A DNA stretch of 64,000 nucleotides from Macrostomum lignano. Lineage: Eukaryota. Shown piece by piece: positions 57,279-64,000 of this stretch (within the stretch, counting starts at the first letter, position 1; the number at the start of each line of letters is the position of its first letter). The stretch covers positions 1 to 64,000 of the forward strand of contig NIVC01002276.1 of assembly GCA_002269645.1 (NCBI GenBank), read 5' to 3'. The position numbers and the translations under genes were made by a program. Under the pieces are notes generated by a model. That model searched no databases, was not told the DNA's origin, and saw only the letters and a program-made list of their open reading frames with translations.

Positions 57279-59328
57279 ATGAGACTTAAAGCTTTCCTGG
57301 CATTGAGCCTCTGTTGCGCGATTGCCAGTGGCAAAGAAATTCGCGTTGAGACCGACTTGGCCGTTTACGTCGGCCTGCTGCTTCAAGGAGATGGTAGCGA
57401 CAACGACACGACTCGCGGCTTCTTCGGGGTGCCCTACGCCCAGCCTCCAACCGGTCAGCTCCGATTTGCGCCTCCGTTGCCATGGCAACCGCCGCGTAGC
57501 AACGAACCCGGCGCCAAGCCCGAGTTGATGGCCAACGCGTCGAAGCCGCGGTGCCTCCAGCTGGCAGCTGCTGGTTCGAGTCTGCGCATGTCCGAAGATT
57601 GCTTGTACTTGAACATCCAGACTCCGGTGCCCCATCAGGCCGACTCAAGCCGACCGGTGATTGCTTGGCTGCACTCCGGATTCCTGGAAACTGGCGGCAT
57701 CTCCGAGCCTGAGGCGCCGCTTGGCCGCCAGTTGGTGGCGCGGCAGCGGCTGCTGCTGGTTGAGGTCGCCTTCCGGCTGGGAGTCCTCGGCTTCCTTAGG
57801 CCGCCCGGAACCACCGGGGGCAACTGGGGACTGCTGGACCAGCAGATGGCGCTAAGCTGGGTGAGATGCGGGCTGGGTGAGATGCGGATTGGGTGAGATG
57901 TGGGTTGGGTGAGATGCGGGCCAGGTGAGATGCGGATTGGGTGAGATGTGGGTTGGGTGAGATGCGGATTGGGTGAGATGCGGATTGGGTGAGATGCGGG
58001 CTGGGTGAGATGCGGATTGGGTGAGATGTGGGTTGGGTGAGATGCGGGCCAGGTGAGATGCGGATTGGGTGAGATGTGGGTTGGGTGAGATGCGGGCCAG
58101 GTGAGATGCGGATTGGGTGAGATGTGGGTTGGGTGAGATGCGGATTGGGTGAGATGCGGATTGGGTGAGATGCGGGCTGGGTGAGATGCGGATTGGGTGA
58201 GATGTGGGTTGGGTGAGATGCGGATTGGGTGAGATGCGGGCTGGGTGAGATGCGGATTGGGTGAGATGCGGATTGGGTGAGATGCGGGCTGGTTGATATG
58301 CGGGCTGGGTGAGATGCGGGCCGGGTGAGATATCACACCAAGAGCGTAATCTTACTTCTCAGATTAGCTCTAACATTCGTGCCTTCGGAGGCGACGCCGG
58401 CAGCGTGACGCTGGCTGGCGCGAGTTACGGCGCCTCGGCGACGGGCCTCCATCTCTTCAGCGCCGGCAGCAGTCGACTCTTTCACAGGACGGCGTTGCTT
58501 GGCGGCTCGCCGCTGGCGCCGTGGCTTCTCGTCACCGACGACGCCGCTGCTTCCGCTATCGCGGACGACTTCACCGCCCGAGCCTCCTGCCGCCGCGCCA
58601 ACGACTCGGAAACGCTCCGCTGTCTTCGGGACGCCGGTGCTGACGCCCTAACAGCGCTGCAGCCGCCGGCCGACCGGCCGCTCGACGTCGCCGCCTTCCC
58701 GGTCGTCATTGACGGCCGCTTCATCACTGACCGCCCGGCACCGGGCAGCCTCGCCACTCCGAAGCCTGTCGTCCTCGGAGTCGCCGAAAGCGACAGCGAC
58801 TCGCTCGCCGTTCGCGCCATCGGACACCGAAACGTTTCCGGCCTCGCCGGCCAGCTGTATCAGGACGTACTGGACGAGGCGTTTCGTTTCTTCCCCAGCT
58901 TCCCTCGCCGTCCCTCCGCCACGGGCCGCCGGCTTCTGTCCGGCCGCCTCACCGCCTTCCCAAGCGCCTCCGCTGCTCGGCTCAACAAGCAGCTGCTGGC
59001 TCGGGGCCTCGGCCTGTGGCATTCCGCGTGTCCGGTGAACCAACTGTCCGACTGGCTCTGCGGCGCATCTGCGCCCGTCTTCGTCTACCAGTTTGCCGAA
59101 GCTCCGCGTCCCGGCGGCGACTCCACAGACGGCCTCGGCGAGGATGCAGCCTACTTCGCTGGCGAGCCGCTGGGCGACCAGAGGTGAAGCTCGCAAGAGT
59201 GCAAATCGAATGGGTGCATGGGTTTCTATGAGTGGAGTCCTATGGGTCTTATTATACCTTCTTGCTTCCTATTTGGTGTTTACTGCGTCAAATTTGGTGC
59301 GTTGCAAAGAGCCCAGCAGAGTTCATAT

Positions 59329-59387
<59 letters not shown>

Positions 59388-60846
59388 AAACAATTTACGC
59401 AACCCCGCATGCAAAGTCACAAAGCAGGGTGCGTCTGAGGGCAGAGTAAACAGTCGGGCGCCTCGGGGTTGCATAGGAGGCAGTCCACGCATCGACGGGT
59501 TTGGGCCTGACCCCACCTGAACGGGCCCTGCAAGGTGAGCAGCAGGACGTCCTGAACAGGTTGGGGGCAGTAGCTCTCGGCCCAGATCACTTGGCCCGCC
59601 AGTTGAAGTGGCCGCCTGCGCAGGATGATGGACGGGCGCTGCAGCTTGGCCAGATTGCACAGGGCCTCGGTCCCGACACTCTCGTCAGCTCGAAAGGCCG
59701 CATGGAGCAGCCCTGAGTGCGCCGAGTCCAACTGCCGCTCCAGCGTAGCCGTCAGCGTCCATGTCTCGGCGTTGTATAGCAGGACAGTATATAAACCATA
59801 GACTAGTGTGCATTCACTGTCCTCTCTCTGTCCACCAGGCTGATTTCAGCGTATGGTCCTCTCTGCGCCATTCATTACTTTTACCATACATGCCTTCCAG
59901 CTGTGGTCCGAATTGATCACCGTTAAAACCAAATTGATTTCTGTTGTCTATGGCTTTTCCTGGCTACGGTTTGTCTACGTAAAATGTTGGCCAGGCTAGA
60001 CAACACGTCACACTTCCAACGGGCCACGCACCAATTTAAATGATCGAAACAACCAAATTCCACGCAATTTTAAAGGTGTAGTTATATTTTGTCGTGTAGT
60101 CTCAACGGTATGAATCGGTGCGCCTGGCACTGCATAACTGTTGAATGCTACTCTTTACAGGTAGACAGAAATTGCTAAAATATATCGATGAATACGAGCT
60201 ATAATCTGTTTTGTTTTTACAATTTCGCAGGTACGACAGAGCGCAGCGCGAACTGTCAAGCCTCATGACGGCTGCTCTGGCCGAGTTCTGTCATGATGGC
60301 AGAATCAGCTCGTTGAACTGGCCGGCTGTATCTCTGGCCGAGCTGCAGTTCCTCCGACTGTCCAGCACCACCGGTCAGGAGCTGTCCATCGGCGGTCTGA
60401 ACAGACAGGACTGCCAGTTCTGGCAGGACGAGCTGCCCTGGGTGAACTCCTTGGACACCGGCGCGGATGGCGGCACCACCGCCCAGACAAGCAGGCCGCC
60501 AGATCTGGAATCCGAGTTCTGGGCCAGGTGCAATTCAACGGTGAACACCATCAGCCTTGTTGCTCTGTCTGTGGCTGGAGGTCTTCTTCTGCTGCTCTGC
60601 CTATCGATGTGCTTCGCCTGCAGGCGTCGACCAAGACGGCCGCTTCAGGTGGACAATTTGCGACGAGGTGAAGCCGGTTCGAACACGGAACTGCCTTCGC
60701 GGACAGCTGGAGGTCGCATTCTGGACGTCACTCGGCCGGGACGTCGACCAGACGGACGATTTCAAGCCGTTGAGGGGACCGCAGCATCCAGCCAGCGCAC
60801 CACGCCCGATGGCTCTCGGCCGGGACTTCGACCAAAGAGAAAATGA
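57279..60846 (+). CDS. Type-B carboxylesterase/cholinesterase-fold protein with signal peptide and C-terminal TM helix, probably non-catalytic
   Basis: Exons 57279-57860, 58363-59183, 60231-60846, phases consistent. Motifs FGVPYAQPPTGQLRFAPP, SEDCLYLNI, FRLGVLGFL, GNWGLLDQQMAL, FGGD...VTLAGASYG, LFHRTALLGGS, YQF, FWQDELP; hydrophobic ISLVALSVAGGLLLLLCLSMCFAC then a basic stop-transfer segment. Confidence 0.92.
57861..58330 (+). repeat. 16-bp minisatellite starting at the intron 1 donor
   Basis: Unit gtgagatgcgg(at/gc)tgg. Confidence 0.96.
59331..59788 (-). mobile_element. Older 5'-truncated RTE-type LINE copy in esterase-like intron 2
   Basis: Encodes LLYNAETWTLT...LQLAGQVIWAESYCPQPVQDVLLLTLQG; long (TTG)n tail; possible TSD atataa at 59325-59330 and 59789-59794. 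Confidence 0.88.
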
Positions 60847-60990
60847 TTGCATGGGGATTTTTTCTGTCTGACAAAGAGACAAATCCTGGGAGTTTCCTAT
60901 TTTAACATTTGGAATTTGGAAGTAAATGCAACACATCCACATGCTCGTTGATTTGTAAATACGATCTGTTCTCAAATAGTTTAGTTGTCA

Positions 60991-61688
<698 letters not shown>

Positions 61689-62097
61689 ATTTCAGCAAAT
61701 CCAATGCGTCTCAATACAGCTCGCCGTTGAAGGAGGCAAGTTTTTACGTCATCAAGGGACAGAGAAGCTCACAACCCAGCTGGTTCGATTCCTTTGGGGC
61801 TTGTGCGCACGAAAACTGACCCTGGGGGGGGGCACGGACTCTAAAGTAGAAAGACAGTGAAGTTGTCCGTGCCTGGGAGTTGTCGTGCAATTCACAGCCA
61901 TGGCCATGAGGGCCAACCCCCCCCCCCCAGGCGCAGAGAGTGTACATACCTGACGGCTTAAAATGTCAGGGCCGCTGTACACCCTGTGTGAGCGTGTGCG
62001 TGAGTGCAAGCGTGTGTACAGTATTTGCGCGCTTGCATGCGCTCAGGAGTCAGGGGAATGAGCTCAGAATTGCCTCTCACTGCTGTTTGTCGGACGA

Positions 62098-62973
62098 TGT
62101 CGCCGATGACGTTGCGCCTTTAATGTAAACTATTAAAGTCCGCATCTCACCGAGTCCGCATCTCACCCAGCCTGCATCTCACCCAGCCCGCATCTCACCC
62201 AGCCCGCATCTCACCCAACCCCCATCTCACCCAGCCTGCATCTCACCCAGCCCGCATCTCACCCAACCCGCATCTCACCCAATCCGCATCTCACCCAGCC
62301 CGCATCTCACCCAGCCCGCATCTCACCCAGCCCGCATCTCACCCAGCCTGCATCTCACCCAGCCCGCATCTCACCCAACCCGCATCTCACCCAATCCGCA
62401 TCTCACCCAGCCCCCATCTCACCCAGCCCGCATCTCACCCAACCCCCATCTCACCCAGCCTGCATCTCACCCAGCCCGCATCTCACCCAGCCCGCATCTC
62501 ACCCAGCCCGCATCTCACCCAGCCCGCATCTCACCGAGCCCGCATTTCACCAAGCCTGCATCTCACCCAGCCCGCATCTGACCCAGCCCGCATCTCACCC
62601 AGCCTGCATCTCACCCAGCCTGCATCTCACCCAGCCTGCATCTCACCCAGCCCGCATCTCACCCAGCCCGCATCTCACCCAGCCTGCATCTCACTCAGCC
62701 CGCATCTCACCCAGCCCGCATCTCACCCAGCCCGCATCTCACCCAGCCCGTATCTCACCCAGCCCGTATCTCACCCAGCCCGCATCTCACCCAGCCCGCA
62801 TCTCACCGAGCCCGCATCCCACCCAGCCCGCATCTCACCCAGCCCGCATCTCACCCAGCCCGCATCTCACCTAGCCCGCATCTCACCCAGCCCGCATCTC
62901 ACCCAGCCCGCATCTCACCCAGCCCACATCTCACCCAGCCCGCATCTCACACAGCCCGCATTTCAACCAGCCC
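62098..62973 (-). repeat. 16-bp minisatellite, reverse complement of the 57861-58330 array
   Basis: Unit ccgcatctcacccagc, about 54 copies. Confidence 0.96.
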
Positions 62974-63101
62974 AAAACGAATGATTTTATTTAGTAAATA
63001 GCTTCAACTGAAATTCGAATTTATTTATAACGAACACTTAAGTACGTTGACGGATCATAAAGTGTGCGTGAATGATGTTATACCCGACTAGTTTTAAAAC
63101 T

Positions 63102-63327
63102 TTAAAACAGTTTCTTTCCTTCAGCATCTTCAGAATGCAGCAAGCGGTCCCAATCCTTCGAGTCCTGACTGGTTGATGCGACCTTCCTGATTGGCGGCAG
63201 ACGGCGGGGCGGCGGGCGCTGCTGGTGGCTCAGCTGCACCGCCTCCGTCGAAACGGAGAGGACGCGTAATTGCTGCTGCTGATGAAAGTCGAAGGTGTCA
63301 CCTGACTTGTTGGCTGTGAAGAGTTTT
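63102..63327 (-). CDS. Probable terminal coding exon of a minus-strand gene extending beyond the window
   Basis: Acceptor ccatcttctacag| then a GC-rich open frame KLFTANKSGDTFDF...EGKKLF*; product not recognised. Confidence 0.5.
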
Positions 63328-63349
63328 CTGTAGAAGATGGAGAGTAAAC

Positions 63350-64000
63350 ATGGGCTACAGATTAGCAATCCATTCTGTTCCTTCACCCAGCAAATATGGC
63401 TATAGATTAGCAATCCATTCTGTTCTTTCATCCAGCAGATATGGCTATAGATTAGCAATCCATTCTGTTCCTTCACCCAGCAGATATGGCTATAGATTAG
63501 CAATCCATTCTGTTCCTTCACCCAGCAGATATGGCTATAGATTAGCGATCCATTCTGTTCCTTCACCCAGCAGATATGGCTATAGATTAGCAATCCATTC
63601 TGTTCCTTCATCCAGCATACATGGCTATAGATTAGCAATCCATTCTGTTCCTTCATCCAGCATACATGGCTATAGATTAGCAATCCATTCTGTTCCTTCA
63701 TCCAGCAGATATGGCTATAGATTAGCAATCCATTCTGTTCCTTCACCCAGCAGATATGGCTATAGATTAGCAATCCATTCTGTTCCTTCACCCAGCAGAT
63801 AAGGCTATAGATTAGCAATCCATTCTGTTCCTTCACCCAGCAGATATGGCTATAGATTAGCAATCCATTCTGTTCCTTCACCCAGCAGATATGGCTATAG
63901 ATTAGCAATCCATTCTGTTCCTTCATCCAGCAGATATGGCTATAGATTAGCAATCCATTCTGTTCCTTCACCCAGCAGATATGGCTATAGATTAGCAATC
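63350..64000. repeat. 45-bp minisatellite, third locus of this family
   Basis: Same unit as 21800 and 23312. Confidence 0.96.

Overview
Eukaryotic (animal) genomic DNA: AT-rich intergenic and intronic sequence, GC-rich spliced exons and very dense mini/microsatellites. The style suggests a free-living flatworm such as Macrostomum, but that is inference. I built gene models by hand from splice sites and reading-frame phase: akirin (2 coding exons); a complete 14-exon non-NMDA, kainate-like ionotropic glutamate receptor (28305-45018, GC-AG first intron) followed by a duplicated alternative S2/M4/C-tail exon (45944-46323); an uncharacterised 5-exon coiled-coil gene; a 3-exon membrane-anchored cholinesterase-like protein lacking the catalytic His; and the probable last exon of a minus-strand gene. 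Mobile DNA: an intact RTE-type LINE inserted (9-bp TSD) into a 5'-truncated Penelope-like element whose 3' end carries a minimal hammerhead ribozyme; two truncated copies of that LINE family; several hAT, Tc1/mariner and Mutator-type MITEs, including an apparent composite unit; and a decayed hAT-like transposase. The strongest leads are the flip/flop-like duplicated receptor exon and the hammerhead-bearing Penelope element.
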